From Patescibacteria group bacterium (GTDB lineage Bacteria > Patescibacteriota > Minisyncoccia > Phycocordibacterales > EsbW-18): 64,000 nt of DNA. Both the position numbers and the translations under genes were made by a program. Below the pieces are notes generated by a model, which saw only the letters and a program-made list of their open reading frames with translations, was not told the origin of the DNA and made no database searches. The stretch lies in assembly GCA_038064475.1 (NCBI GenBank), contig JBBTTA010000003.1, positions 24,985-88,984 of the forward strand. The letters are read 5' to 3'. Below are positions 38,231 to 48,315 of the stretch, piece by piece; positions within the stretch are counted from its first letter, which is position 1, and each line of letters begins with the position of its first letter.

Positions 38231-38968
38231 TTAATAAAATGTAAAAATAAATGGCATAAAGTTGCTTCGTCCCCCGACGGCATTCGTCACACCAATCTGA
38301 TATTCCATTTCAAACTGTTCTTCTTCATAAAAATCTGCGTTCTCTTCCAAAAATTCTTTTGGAAATGGTCCCTTGATCGTGACACGCATCGTCATGCCGT
38401 CAGCTGATGATACATTATTGAACTCCTCAAAGGCAGAGCCGACTTTGTTTCCTGTCGGAGAAAATCCGTACCCCTTGATTGTGACAACGGTGCCAACACC
38501 ACCTTTGCTCGGCGTAATCGACTGTATGGTTGGTGTGGTGCCCGTCGATCCCGTACTTCCACCACCAAATTTTGTACCTGTTGTGTTTGTGTACACCGTT
38601 ACACCTCCTGATGCCGAAGGTAGTGTTTCGCCTGACATGTGTGCTCGTGTGCGCTCTCCAAACACACCAGTACCAACCGTGAGTCCAATGGGGAAGAGAA
38701 TTTCTGTTGCGTGAAGTTCTTGATACTTCGAAACAGCCGCTGCAGTCAGAGGACCAAAATACGTACTTTCATATCCTGGAGAACCAATTCCTGATACAGA
38801 AACTTGTGTAAGTACGTTTGTATTCAGCACTTTTTGGAGTTCACGAACGTCTTCGCCCGTCGAACCAATCGTTAGTGTGCGCGAAAATACGGCCGCATGT
38901 GTGACTGAAATAGAAAAAAGAAGGATGAGTGCGAGAGAAAGAAGAGTTGTTGTACAAAATTTCTTCAT
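38231..38968 (-). CDS. Peptidoglycan-binding domain + IPT/TIG domain protein
   Basis: LTIGSTGEDVRELQKVLN, YFGPLTAAAVSKYQ, PTIQSITPSKG..GT.VTI.G.GF. Confidence 0.85.
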   Translation of the reverse strand: MKKFCTTTLLSLALILLFSISVTHAAVFSRTLTIGSTGEDVRELQKVLNTNVLTQVSVSGIGSPGYESTYFGPLTAAAVSKYQELHATEILFPIGLTVGTGVFGERTRAHMSGETLPSASGGVTVYTNTTGTKFGGGSTGSTGTTPTIQSITPSKGGVGTVVTIKGYGFSPTGNKVGSAFEEFNNVSSADGMTMRVTIKGPFPKEFLEENADFYEEEQFEMEYQIGVTNAVGGRSNFMPFIFTFY

Positions 38969-38984
38969 GTGGGGCTTATTGTAC

Positions 38985-39146
38985 TATACCCCGCACTAAA
39001 ATGGCTTATTTACTCGTCAAGGCGTTGCCTTGACGATGACTAGACGCCCAGCGTCTAGTCAAAATTGATAGACACTCGGTGTCTATCAAAAGAAGTCTTG
39101 TATTATCAACGCTTGCTCGTTGGAGATAGGTTTAGTGCGGGGTATA
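38985..39146. mobile_element. TIR-bounded element carrying three tandem palindromes
   Basis: TATACCCCGCACTAAA...TTTAGTGCGGGGTATA enclosing hairpins at 39014-39036, 39037-39061 and 39065-39089. Confidence 0.7.
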
Positions 39147-39155
39147 CTTTACAGC

Positions 39156-40148
39156 ATGAATGGGGGTTCTCCGTCTTATTTTTTGCGAAGACACAGCAAA
39201 CCAATTGCACTTCTAATTTGTGTCGTTGCTCTTATCACCGCAACGGTTATTGCGCGCCAAACAGAGTCTTCAGGAGCTGGCTTTATTCTTAAAGCAGGCC
39301 CTCAGGCAACACGTGTTTCTGTCACTGAAGTAGATACTGACAAGGACGGCCTCAAAGATTGGGAAGAATCACTTTTAAAAACCAATCCAACCCTTATAGA
39401 CACCGATGGTGATGGCTTACATGACAAAGAAGATGTTGAAAAAGAAGAGGAGGAACGTCGTGAGGAAGAAGAAAGACGAATTTCTGAAAATGTGGCCGCG
39501 GTCCAAGAACCAGAAAATTGGAATGATTTAAGTTACTCTCAGCAAACATCCCGCCTCTTTCTTGCGCAGTATCTTTCGTACAAAGATCCGGGCGAACCTT
39601 TGGGGGATGATGAAATTACCTCGATTGTAGAAAATCTTCCTGAATACGAAGCGCCCGAACGAGTGTTTGTTCCATTTTCAGATGATGACATTGTCGTAAC
39701 AGAAGATAATTCAGAGAGTGCGCTTCGCGCATATGGAAATGCACTCGCACTTATTTTAGAAAAACCAGCAGATGGAGATACCCCGAACGAATTACTTGTG
39801 CTGCAATCATTTGCATCAAGTGAAAATGGAGACACATTCGTAGAACAAGTCGATGCTGTTGTAGCACAATATACGTATGTACTTGATCGTATGAAAGTAT
39901 TGCCAGTTCCTGACATGCTTGCTGATGAACATCTCTTGATCATGAATAGAATGGGAGTTGTTCGAAATGACTTTGAAGTGATGTTGAAACTTCAGAAAGA
40001 ACCTTTCGTCGCAATTGCTGCAATAAGCGCATACAGTCGAGACTCAAGCGACATGGCAAACGCCTTTGATGCACTGCGCGCTGCGTTTGATGAGAGCGGT
40101 GTCGAGTTTGAAGATTCAGAGCCAGGAATCTTGTTTGCACAAGAATAA
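39156..40148 (+). CDS. Membrane-anchored protein with TSP3-like repeats
   Basis: TM, DTDKDGLKDWEE, DTDGDGL.D. Confidence 0.75.
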   Translation: MNGGSPSYFLRRHSKPIALLICVVALITATVIARQTESSGAGFILKAGPQATRVSVTEVDTDKDGLKDWEESLLKTNPTLIDTDGDGLHDKEDVEKEEEERREEEERRISENVAAVQEPENWNDLSYSQQTSRLFLAQYLSYKDPGEPLGDDEITSIVENLPEYEAPERVFVPFSDDDIVVTEDNSESALRAYGNALALILEKPADGDTPNELLVLQSFASSENGDTFVEQVDAVVAQYTYVLDRMKVLPVPDMLADEHLLIMNRMGVVRNDFEVMLKLQKEPFVAIAAISAYSRDSSDMANAFDALRAAFDESGVEFEDSEPGILFAQE

Positions 40149-40149
40149 T

Positions 40150-41922
40150 ATGTTGCGTTTCTCATCACAAAAAAGCCGCTCAACCCTCCTCACTATCATT
40201 GCGGGCTTTGCTATTTCGGTCTTTCTGCTTATACCGTTTGTACAAGTGTCAACGGTGAAGGCAGATTTTCAAGACAACCTCGAGGAGTGTGGTGAAGCCG
40301 CTCTCATTTCGCTTATCGGCATGCTCATTTCTGCCGCAGCAACACGTGTACCAATTGATGATTGGCCAAGTTGGATCAAAGAACAGGTGATGGACTGTGT
40401 CGCATGGGCAGCAAAGGCTTGGATCATCGAAGACATGACCGGACAAACCGTGGCGTATGTTCAAACTGGTATCAACGGAAATCCTGCATTCGTTCAAAAT
40501 CTTCGACAGCATCTCACACGACAAGCGGATGTCATTGCAGGATCATTCATCGAACAAACAGTTCCGTTTCTCTGTTCTCCATTCCAAGCTGACATCCAGT
40601 TAGCACTCATGAATTTGTATCGAAATGCAAAAGGTGTTGGATATTACCAATATGCAAGTTGTACACTCACCGAAGCAGTTGAAAATGTTGATGACTTTAT
40701 TGGCGGAGATTTTTCTGCGGGAGGATGGGAAGGATGGTTTGCGTTTGTTGGTGATCCGTACAACAACCCGATCGGCTCCTACATCGAAACATCAAACGAA
40801 CTTGCATCACGTTTGAATGCAGCAGCTGAGGAAGAAAGAACGGAGCTCGCATTTGCTAGTGGATTTTTGCGCAAAAAAACACAGACGTGTTATGCGTACC
40901 CTCCAGAAGGTCAGACTGGAGCTCCGCAACAATTTACAATACGAGATGGGCAATCTTTGGAAGAAGCTTTAGCAGAAGCTGGTATTGATAGTGCAGCTGA
41001 ATACGAGTGTGATCCTGCACAAACAATCACGCCAGGAGAGACGGTAAAATCTGGGCTTGAAAGTGTGTTCAAAACAAACCTTGACCAAGTTGTTGCTGCA
41101 GATGAGTTGAATGAAATTATTGCACTCTGGCTTGGGTATCTTCTCTCTGATGTATTGACTGGTGACGAAGGTCTTGCGGGATATACAAACGAAGACTTTC
41201 CTGAACACGAAGGTGTGACAGAAGACGGAGATCCGTACGAAGATGATTTGCCACCAATTCAAACAACATGTGGAACAGGAGGTTGGCTTGAAGCGGCTCC
41301 GGGCGTCACACAAGAGTTCGAACCATATCACTTCGAACGAAATGGTTTGGTACTTGATGCACAACCAGGCAATGCAAATATTGCATTTGAACTTGATACA
41401 CCAGCTGAAGCGGGTGAGTACTACACAAAAGTACAGGTAAGTATTGATGTAGAGATCGGACCTTGGTACGAACCAATGCCAACCGATTTTCACCAAATCA
41501 TGTATATCCAACGCGAAAGTAACCCAAACAATTACGACTGGCGTGAAAACAACCTTGGTATTTTGAACCTCCGTGGTCCTGGTCAAAATAAGTTTATTGC
41601 AGGACACAATTTGAATCTTACGATCGGTGATTGTACAAAATCAAAGAGCTCAAGCTTCTCGCCACAACAAGGTCAGCGTTACACATTCGTGTATGGATAC
41701 GACACAACACAAAGACTTGCGTGGGCAGAAGTAAAGCAAGGAAATCAGATTGTGACATCTGTTGGATTTAGCCCGACGGCAGAATTCATTGAAGCGATCC
41801 ACCCGTTGCATCGTGGCAATGAAGGGTTCTTCATCTCAATCGGTGGTCCAGACGGATACCACGCTCCTGAAGTGCCGATGTACGGATGGAAGTTCTACGA
41901 CCTCGTCGTCGACTTTGAATAG
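40150..41922 (+). CDS. Secreted/membrane protein of the T4SS-like cluster
   Basis: Signal peptide; GNPAFV, LCSPF, GGWEGW, ITPG, ADELNEII. Confidence 0.7.
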   Translation: MLRFSSQKSRSTLLTIIAGFAISVFLLIPFVQVSTVKADFQDNLEECGEAALISLIGMLISAAATRVPIDDWPSWIKEQVMDCVAWAAKAWIIEDMTGQTVAYVQTGINGNPAFVQNLRQHLTRQADVIAGSFIEQTVPFLCSPFQADIQLALMNLYRNAKGVGYYQYASCTLTEAVENVDDFIGGDFSAGGWEGWFAFVGDPYNNPIGSYIETSNELASRLNAAAEEERTELAFASGFLRKKTQTCYAYPPEGQTGAPQQFTIRDGQSLEEALAEAGIDSAAEYECDPAQTITPGETVKSGLESVFKTNLDQVVAADELNEIIALWLGYLLSDVLTGDEGLAGYTNEDFPEHEGVTEDGDPYEDDLPPIQTTCGTGGWLEAAPGVTQEFEPYHFERNGLVLDAQPGNANIAFELDTPAEAGEYYTKVQVSIDVEIGPWYEPMPTDFHQIMYIQRESNPNNYDWRENNLGILNLRGPGQNKFIAGHNLNLTIGDCTKSKSSSFSPQQGQRYTFVYGYDTTQRLAWAEVKQGNQIVTSVGFSPTAEFIEAIHPLHRGNEGFFISIGGPDGYHAPEVPMYGWKFYDLVVDFE

Positions 41923-41923
41923 T

Positions 41924-44107
41924 ATGAGTACAAACATTACAAAAATCCTTGGGGTGGTGATCGGAACATTCGCGATCTTTGTAATGTTTTTTGTTGTGGC
42001 TCCAGAGAAAGCAGAGGCCATTGAATGTCCTATTGGGCAAGTTGATGTTGGTGGAAGTTGCGTGGACTACGAAGAAAACCCCGAGGACGTCTCTTCTGCA
42101 AACTTAGACAACACAGAACAACCCCCAGAGTTTGGTTGTTCATTTAGTGCTTTTGATTTTTGGGGAGGTGTAAAAGGTTGTATGGCAGCCGTGTCTTACA
42201 CCATCATGTCCTTCTTTGCCATATTTCTTGGTGTTGCAGGACTCCTTCTTAACGGTGCGGTTGAGTTAACAGTTAGAAACATTGGTCCGTTTGTGAATGG
42301 TGTAGGGGATAGTGTTACTGGAATTGAACTTGCGTGGAAGTTGTTTAGAGATCTGGGCAATATCGTTATTCTTTTTGTGCTTTTGTTCTCTGCAATTGGA
42401 ATCATCTTCCGCACTGACAACATTGTTCCGCGCAAGACACTCGGAAAAGTAATTATTGCTGCGTTTCTTATTAATTTCAGCCTCTTCTTCACCAAAGCAA
42501 TTATCGATGTGTCGAACGTGTTTACGTTCACTATTCACAATGAAATTCAAAAAATCAGTGAAACAAATGACGATAATCTTGTCATTGGTGTTGCGGGCGC
42601 ATTCATGAATGGTCTAGATCCAATAACGATATACCGTAGTTTTCAAAAAGAGGCCGCTTTAGGAAAACCTGTTGAGAGCCATATTTTCCAACAAATGATT
42701 TTTGGGACCATCGTTCTGTTGGTAGCAACGTTTGTCTTTTTGGTCATGGCAGCGATGCTTTTGATTCGTTTTGTGATTCTTTTGTTCCTTTTGGTAACTT
42801 CTCCAATTGGTTTTGTGGGTGGTTTAATTCCTAAACTTCAAAAATATTCTACTGATTGGTGGAATGCTCTTCTTGGGCAAGCAATGTTCGCTCCAGTGTT
42901 GATGCTTTTTATACTTATTTCAATCTTGCTTATCAATAGCCCTGGTTTCAAAGACGCATTAAACTACAGTCCCGACTTAAAACTTGTTGATAGCAATGTT
43001 GGAAGTTTTCTTGGATTTGCTGGGAGTGGGGTAACAGGCATCATTCAATATGTTGTGGTGATTGGCCTTCTCATCACAGGACTCGTTGTTGCAAAGAAAA
43101 CAGCGGGAGATCTTGGAAAAGGCGCTGTCAGTTGGGTATCGAAGAAAGCAGGTTCATTGGCATTCGGTGCAACAGCAGCGGCAGGCTCGTATAGTATTGG
43201 AAGGTTTGGAGGAAAGCTCGCCGACTCACAATTTGCAAACACACTTCAGGGAAGCTCTAATTTTGCTGCGCGCCTAGTTGGTCGTGGTCTCATTAATACT
43301 GGAAAATGGACTGGGAAAAGAAGTTTCGATATTCGAGGAACATCTGCTGGAAAACAGTTGGATGCCGAAAAGGGTGCTTCTGGATTTATTGAGCGTGAAA
43401 AAGCAGAAAAGAAACGAATTGAGGAAGCGCGCAAAAAAATTAAACCTGATGACACAAGTGCAGCTGAACGTTTGGCTCTTAAGGCTGACCTTGAGTCGGG
43501 CAGCGTTGAGCGTGAAAAACTCAAGGCTGAGATCAAAAAACTTGAGGGTGTGGAAAAAAGCACTCTTACTACAGATGCTCAAAAAGCAGATGCTCGAGAA
43601 AAACGAGAGCGTCTTGAGAAAGAAAATGCAGTATGGCTTGCTCGCGAAGAGCGTTTGGACAAACTCGAAAAACAAAGTCCTGCTGTGCAAGAAGAGCGCC
43701 AGAAACAGGCACGAAAAGAAATTGCCGATTTGGCAAAAACACTTCAAAGCCATCAAATCCGTTTCGTTCAAGACATCATGAACGAAAAGAACGATGATAA
43801 ACGAAAGAAAATGCAGGATAGTCTAACTGGAAATGGGGCAAGGCTCGCAAAAGCAATTGAAAACCTTAGCGCTGCAAGTAAGAACATGGGTGATATCCAA
43901 AAAGCAGGTCAACTTGAATGGGCAAATCGTATGGCTAACGAAGGTGGTCCAATAAAGGCTGCTGCAGATAACATTAGAAAGGAGCTTAATAAATCAAAGG
44001 GTAAGAAAGCACTTGAGGATGCTATTGAGGGGATGGATAAAGAGGGCGGTGGAAAAGATAAGGGAGAAAAACCTGAAAGCGAAACACCTGCTCCAGATAA
44101 AAAATAA
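41924..44107 (+). CDS. VirB6/TrbL-like polytopic membrane protein
   Basis: W..FRDLGNI, LINFSLF, RFVIL.FL...SP, WW..L; C-terminal coiled coil. Confidence 0.7.
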   Translation: MSTNITKILGVVIGTFAIFVMFFVVAPEKAEAIECPIGQVDVGGSCVDYEENPEDVSSANLDNTEQPPEFGCSFSAFDFWGGVKGCMAAVSYTIMSFFAIFLGVAGLLLNGAVELTVRNIGPFVNGVGDSVTGIELAWKLFRDLGNIVILFVLLFSAIGIIFRTDNIVPRKTLGKVIIAAFLINFSLFFTKAIIDVSNVFTFTIHNEIQKISETNDDNLVIGVAGAFMNGLDPITIYRSFQKEAALGKPVESHIFQQMIFGTIVLLVATFVFLVMAAMLLIRFVILLFLLVTSPIGFVGGLIPKLQKYSTDWWNALLGQAMFAPVLMLFILISILLINSPGFKDALNYSPDLKLVDSNVGSFLGFAGSGVTGIIQYVVVIGLLITGLVVAKKTAGDLGKGAVSWVSKKAGSLAFGATAAAGSYSIGRFGGKLADSQFANTLQGSSNFAARLVGRGLINTGKWTGKRSFDIRGTSAGKQLDAEKGASGFIEREKAEKKRIEEARKKIKPDDTSAAERLALKADLESGSVEREKLKAEIKKLEGVEKSTLTTDAQKADAREKRERLEKENAVWLAREERLDKLEKQSPAVQEERQKQARKEIADLAKTLQSHQIRFVQDIMNEKNDDKRKKMQDSLTGNGARLAKAIENLSAASKNMGDIQKAGQLEWANRMANEGGPIKAAADNIRKELNKSKGKKALEDAIEGMDKEGGGKDKGEKPESETPAPDKK

Positions 44108-44115
44108 ATTTACGT

Positions 44116-44733
44116 ATGGATGAACAAGATTTTAATAAAGTAATACAAAACCGTTTAGCTGAACTACCAGAAAGTGTTCGGTCGGCAATTGCACATATAA
44201 ATTACCCTCAACAAGTTCAAAACCTGATGCAGCGCTTTCAGCTACGGCTCGATCAGGCGGGAATCGTTGATAGAGAAATTATGCTTGTTCTTCTAGGCAT
44301 GGAGCACCCCGACATACTCCTCAATAATCTTGTGCGTGAAGGCGGAATTGCGCGTGATGTTGCAACACAAATAGTTAATGATCTGAATGAAAATATTTTT
44401 AAAGCAATCAAACAAGATCTTGTGGAGACGTACACAAAAGATCAACTGGTTGAAGAAATTTTGGACCCAAATAAATCGAGAACGGTTTTGCCCGATAGAT
44501 CTGCCACACAAAGTACACCAAGCCAATCTCCTCAAGTGACGCTCGCACAACCAACCCCAACTCAACCAACCGGTATTGATCGTACGATGCCAAATGACAT
44601 TGCAAAAACAAAGCTTGAACAAAGCTTTCGTATTCCTCCTCAAACAACAACAGTTCCTCTGCATGGCGATATCCCAAAAATGACACCCCCCGCACGCCGC
44701 ACACTAGATCCCTATCGAGAACCCACGCAGTAG
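44116..44733 (+). CDS. Hypothetical protein ending in DPYREP
   Basis: Helical N-domain, low-complexity linker, C-terminal LDPYREPTQ. Confidence 0.7.
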   Translation: MDEQDFNKVIQNRLAELPESVRSAIAHINYPQQVQNLMQRFQLRLDQAGIVDREIMLVLLGMEHPDILLNNLVREGGIARDVATQIVNDLNENIFKAIKQDLVETYTKDQLVEEILDPNKSRTVLPDRSATQSTPSQSPQVTLAQPTPTQPTGIDRTMPNDIAKTKLEQSFRIPPQTTTVPLHGDIPKMTPPARRTLDPYREPTQ

Positions 44734-44804
44734 GAGATGGAAGATAGAATATAGAAGATAGGAAAACTAAAATATATTTGATGTGTGTCGTGTAGAGTTT
44801 TTAG

Positions 44805-45182
44805 ATGGAAACTCCACTTAAGGATTTTACAAGCTTACGAGTGTGGCAACACTCTCGTCATTTTGCTGTAAAGATTTATAAAATTACCAGCGCATTTCCT
44901 CGAGATGAGATTTTTGGTTTAACGAGTCAACTTAGGCGTGCTTCCGTATCAATTGCTTCAAATATTGCGGAAGGTTTTGGCAGATTTTCGTTTAAAGAAA
45001 AAGTTCAATTCTACAATATTGCTCAATCCTCACTAATTGAAACGCAAAATCAGCTTATAATTTCAAAAGATGTCGACTATCTCCCTGAAAAAGAGTTTCA
45101 TATGGTATACAATGAGTCTGTGCTTATAGCGAAGATGTTATCTGCCCTCGTTAGGTCGTCTCGATCAAAATTTGGCTCTTAA
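44805..45182 (+). CDS. Four-helix-bundle protein (23S rRNA IVP / Avd-like family)
   Basis: F..L.VWQ, FPRDEIFGLTSQLRRASVSIASNIAEG, SL.E..NQL. Confidence 0.93.
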   Translation: METPLKDFTSLRVWQHSRHFAVKIYKITSAFPRDEIFGLTSQLRRASVSIASNIAEGFGRFSFKEKVQFYNIAQSSLIETQNQLIISKDVDYLPEKEFHMVYNESVLIAKMLSALVRSSRSKFGS

Positions 45183-45217
45183 CCCATCTTCCATATTCCA
45201 TCTCCTATATCCAACTC

Positions 45218-45652
45218 ATGCGATTCGAAGTGCCACAATTTATTGAAGTCGAGGACAAAATATTTGGTCCTTTAACGTTCAAACAATTCGTCTACCTCGC
45301 CGGAGGTGGTGGTTTGTGTGTGATTATCTGGATTTTCGTTCCAAAAATCATCGGTATCTTTCTTATTCTCGCTGTTGCTGGTTTTGCGCTCGCACTTGCG
45401 TTCTACCAACCCAACAATAAGCCGTTTGTGGCTCTTCTTGAGGCCGCACTTCGCTATGGAACGGGAGGAAAGCTCTATATTTGGAAAAAAGAAGAGAAAA
45501 AGGCAGTGTCATCAGCAACTGCAGGTCAAAAGGCTCAAGATGCGGCCGCAAATCTCTCTGTCCCTCGTCTTTCAGACAGCCGTTTGCGCGATCTTGCATG
45601 GAGTCTCGATGTACATGACTCACTCTATAGCGATCAAGCAGAAAACAAATAA
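45218..45652 (+). CDS. PrgI family (VirB3-like) protein
   Basis: FEVPQFIEVEDKIFGPLTFKQF; two TMs; YIWKK. Confidence 0.88.
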   Translation: MRFEVPQFIEVEDKIFGPLTFKQFVYLAGGGGLCVIIWIFVPKIIGIFLILAVAGFALALAFYQPNNKPFVALLEAALRYGTGGKLYIWKKEEKKAVSSATAGQKAQDAAANLSVPRLSDSRLRDLAWSLDVHDSLYSDQAENK

Positions 45653-45715
45653 TAGAAAGGTATTTCATACACAGAACGTGTTGTGGATGCTCATTCGTAG
45701 GTTAGAATAGAACTA

Positions 45716-46372
45716 ATGGCTCAAACAAAAGCCCAGTCGGCGCAGGCCTTTGTACCTGTGAAAGAAATTCGTAATGGTATTGTCGTTCTCAAAGACGGCT
45801 CTCTTCGCGCAATTTTGCTCGCTTCGTCATTGAATTTTGCCCTCAAGTCTGAAGACGAGCAATCGGCTATCATTTTGCAATTCCAAAATCTCCTCAACTC
45901 AGTTGAATTTCCAATACAAATCTTTATTCAGTCACGCGAACTCGATATTCGTCCGTACCTAGCACTCCTTGAAGCACAATTAAAAGAGCAGACCATCGAC
46001 CTCATTAAGGTACAGACACATGAGTACATCGACTTCATCAAAGGTTTCACTGAAAACGTTAATATTATGTCAAAGAGTTTCTTTATCGTGATTCCATACA
46101 GCTCCGCAATGATTAAAACTGCGGGTGGTATCAGTGGTGTCGTGGGCGGACTTGTTGGCACAAAAAAGAGTCGTGATCCAAAAGCAGCACTTGATCTCTT
46201 TGAGGAGGGGAGAAGTCAATTGGAGCAACGCGTCAGTGTTGTCTCACAAGGTCTCTCGCGCACAGGTATTCGCGTTGCACAACTTGGTACTGAAGAGTTG
46301 GTCGAGCTCTACTACAAATTATTTAATCCGGGTGATTCAGAAAAACCAATTAAACTTGGACCAACTTCATAA
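45716..46372 (+). CDS. VirB4-associated protein (TraC/TrsD-like)
   Basis: NFALKSEDEQ..I...FQ..LNS..FPIQI.IQSR; directly upstream of VirB4. Confidence 0.75.
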   Translation: MAQTKAQSAQAFVPVKEIRNGIVVLKDGSLRAILLASSLNFALKSEDEQSAIILQFQNLLNSVEFPIQIFIQSRELDIRPYLALLEAQLKEQTIDLIKVQTHEYIDFIKGFTENVNIMSKSFFIVIPYSSAMIKTAGGISGVVGGLVGTKKSRDPKAALDLFEEGRSQLEQRVSVVSQGLSRTGIRVAQLGTEELVELYYKLFNPGDSEKPIKLGPTS

Positions 46373-46375
46373 TCT

Positions 46376-48310
46376 ATGGCATTCCTCGATATTTTTAAAA
46401 AGAAAAAGAATGATGCGCTCGATATTGTTCCGGTGTTGCCGAAAGATATCTACGAAGCGGGTGTGCTGGAATTGCAAGATATAATTGCACCGTCAGCGTT
46501 GCGTATCACACCACGTGAACTATCACTCGGAGATAAAATAGTTCGCACGTTCTTTGTTATTTCATATCCGCGATTTCTTCCTGACAACTGGATTTCTCCA
46601 ATTATCAACCTCGACAAGGTGTTCGATATTTCTATTTCAATTATTCCTGTTGAAACATCGTCAGCGCTCAAAGATTTCCGAAAACGCGTTGCCGAAGTAC
46701 AAAGTCAGATTCACACACGTGAAGAAAAAGGTCTTGTGCGCGATCCGATTTTGGATGCTGCGTACCAAAACCTTGAGAACCTCCGTGATCAATTGCAGCA
46801 GGCAACAGAGAAACTTTTTGATGTTGGTCTCTACATCTCGATGTATGCAGATAGTGAGACAGAGCTTGATAAAATCGAGTCTGAAATCCGCTCAATTCTT
46901 GAATCTCGACTCGTGTATGTGAAGCCAGCACTCTTTCAACAGGAGCAGGGATTTAAGAGTGTGATGCCAATTGGAACGGATGAATTGGGTGTGCACTCAA
47001 AACTGAACACGTCTCCGTTGTCGAGTTTTTTTCCATTCGTCTCATTCGACCTCACGTCGGACAAAGGAATCCTGTATGGTGTCAATCGTCACAACTCAAG
47101 TTTGATTCTCTTCGATCGTTTTTCAATGCCGAACTACAACTCAGTGACATTCGCCACATCTGGTGCCGGAAAATCATACGCAACAAAATTGGAAATTCTT
47201 CGTACACTCATGTTCGACACTGAAGTGATTGTTCTCGACCCTGAACGTGAATACGAATACATGGCAGAAGCGATGGGTGGGCGTTACTTCAATATTTCTT
47301 TGACATCAGAACATCACATCAATCCATTTGATCTTCCTCCTGCACGTGAAGATGAAACTCCATCAAACGTATTGCGTTCACACATTGTGACGTTGGTTGG
47401 TCTTTTCCGCATCATGTTCGGCGGTCTCACACCTGAAGAAGATGCAATCATCGATCGCGCAATCACCGAAACGTACGCACTCAAAGACATCACCGGTGAA
47501 GCAGACTTCACCGGAACCGAACCACCACTTCTTTCTGACTTTGAATTGGTGCTTGCGGGTATGCAAGGAGCAGAATCACTCGTACAACGATTGTCGAAGT
47601 ACACGAAAGGAACGTGGGCAGGTTTCATCAACAAACCAAGTAACGTCGACATCAATAAAAAGTTCGTAGTGTTCTCGGTGCGTGACATGGAAGACGAATT
47701 GAAACCAGTTGCTATGTACCTCGTTGCAAACTACATCTGGAGCGCGGTGCGAAAGAATTTGAAAAAACGATTGCTCGTTATTGATGAGGCGTGGTGGATG
47801 ATGAAAGATGAAGATACTGCATCACTTCTCTTTGGTCTCGCAAAACGTGGACGAAAATATTACCTCGGTATTGCAACAATCACACAAGACGTCGGTGACT
47901 TCTTGCGCTCACCATATGGTTTGCCAATCATCACCAACTCTTCAATTCAGTTGCTCTTGAAGCAATCTCCATCATCTATTGATGTTGTGCAGCGCACCTT
48001 TAATCTCACTGACGAAGAGAAGTATTTGTTACTTGAGTCAGAGGTAGGAGAGGGAATCTTCTTTGCTGGTCTTAAACATGTGGCAATTAAGAGTATTGCC
48101 TCATATACCGAGGATCAAATCATTACATCCGATCCATCCCAAGTTTTGGCCCTCAAACAGGCTCGTACGGAATGGAAAAACACTAAGCGGGGTGCTGAAG
48201 CAGCAGGTGAAGTGGCTCCATTGCCTCCAATTCTTCCTCCAGCTCCAGCGGAACCCACAATTCCGCAAGCCCCAGGAACACCAAACACCGATCTTAAGGG
48301 TATTGTCTAA
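46376..48310 (+). CDS. virB4: VirB4/TraE-like ATPase
   Basis: ATSGAGKS Walker A, LDPEREY, INPFD, VIDEAW Walker B, RGRKY, ITQD. Confidence 0.9.
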   Translation: MAFLDIFKKKKNDALDIVPVLPKDIYEAGVLELQDIIAPSALRITPRELSLGDKIVRTFFVISYPRFLPDNWISPIINLDKVFDISISIIPVETSSALKDFRKRVAEVQSQIHTREEKGLVRDPILDAAYQNLENLRDQLQQATEKLFDVGLYISMYADSETELDKIESEIRSILESRLVYVKPALFQQEQGFKSVMPIGTDELGVHSKLNTSPLSSFFPFVSFDLTSDKGILYGVNRHNSSLILFDRFSMPNYNSVTFATSGAGKSYATKLEILRTLMFDTEVIVLDPEREYEYMAEAMGGRYFNISLTSEHHINPFDLPPAREDETPSNVLRSHIVTLVGLFRIMFGGLTPEEDAIIDRAITETYALKDITGEADFTGTEPPLLSDFELVLAGMQGAESLVQRLSKYTKGTWAGFINKPSNVDINKKFVVFSVRDMEDELKPVAMYLVANYIWSAVRKNLKKRLLVIDEAWWMMKDEDTASLLFGLAKRGRKYYLGIATITQDVGDFLRSPYGLPIITNSSIQLLLKQSPSSIDVVQRTFNLTDEEKYLLLESEVGEGIFFAGLKHVAIKSIASYTEDQIITSDPSQVLALKQARTEWKNTKRGAEAAGEVAPLPPILPPAPAEPTIPQAPGTPNTDLKGIV

Positions 48311-48315
48311 ATACT

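Noticed and set aside
44805-45182. Diversity-generating retroelement (Avd-like gene) or 23S rRNA intervening sequence
   Set aside because: No reverse transcriptase, no TR/VR pair and no rRNA sequence nearby
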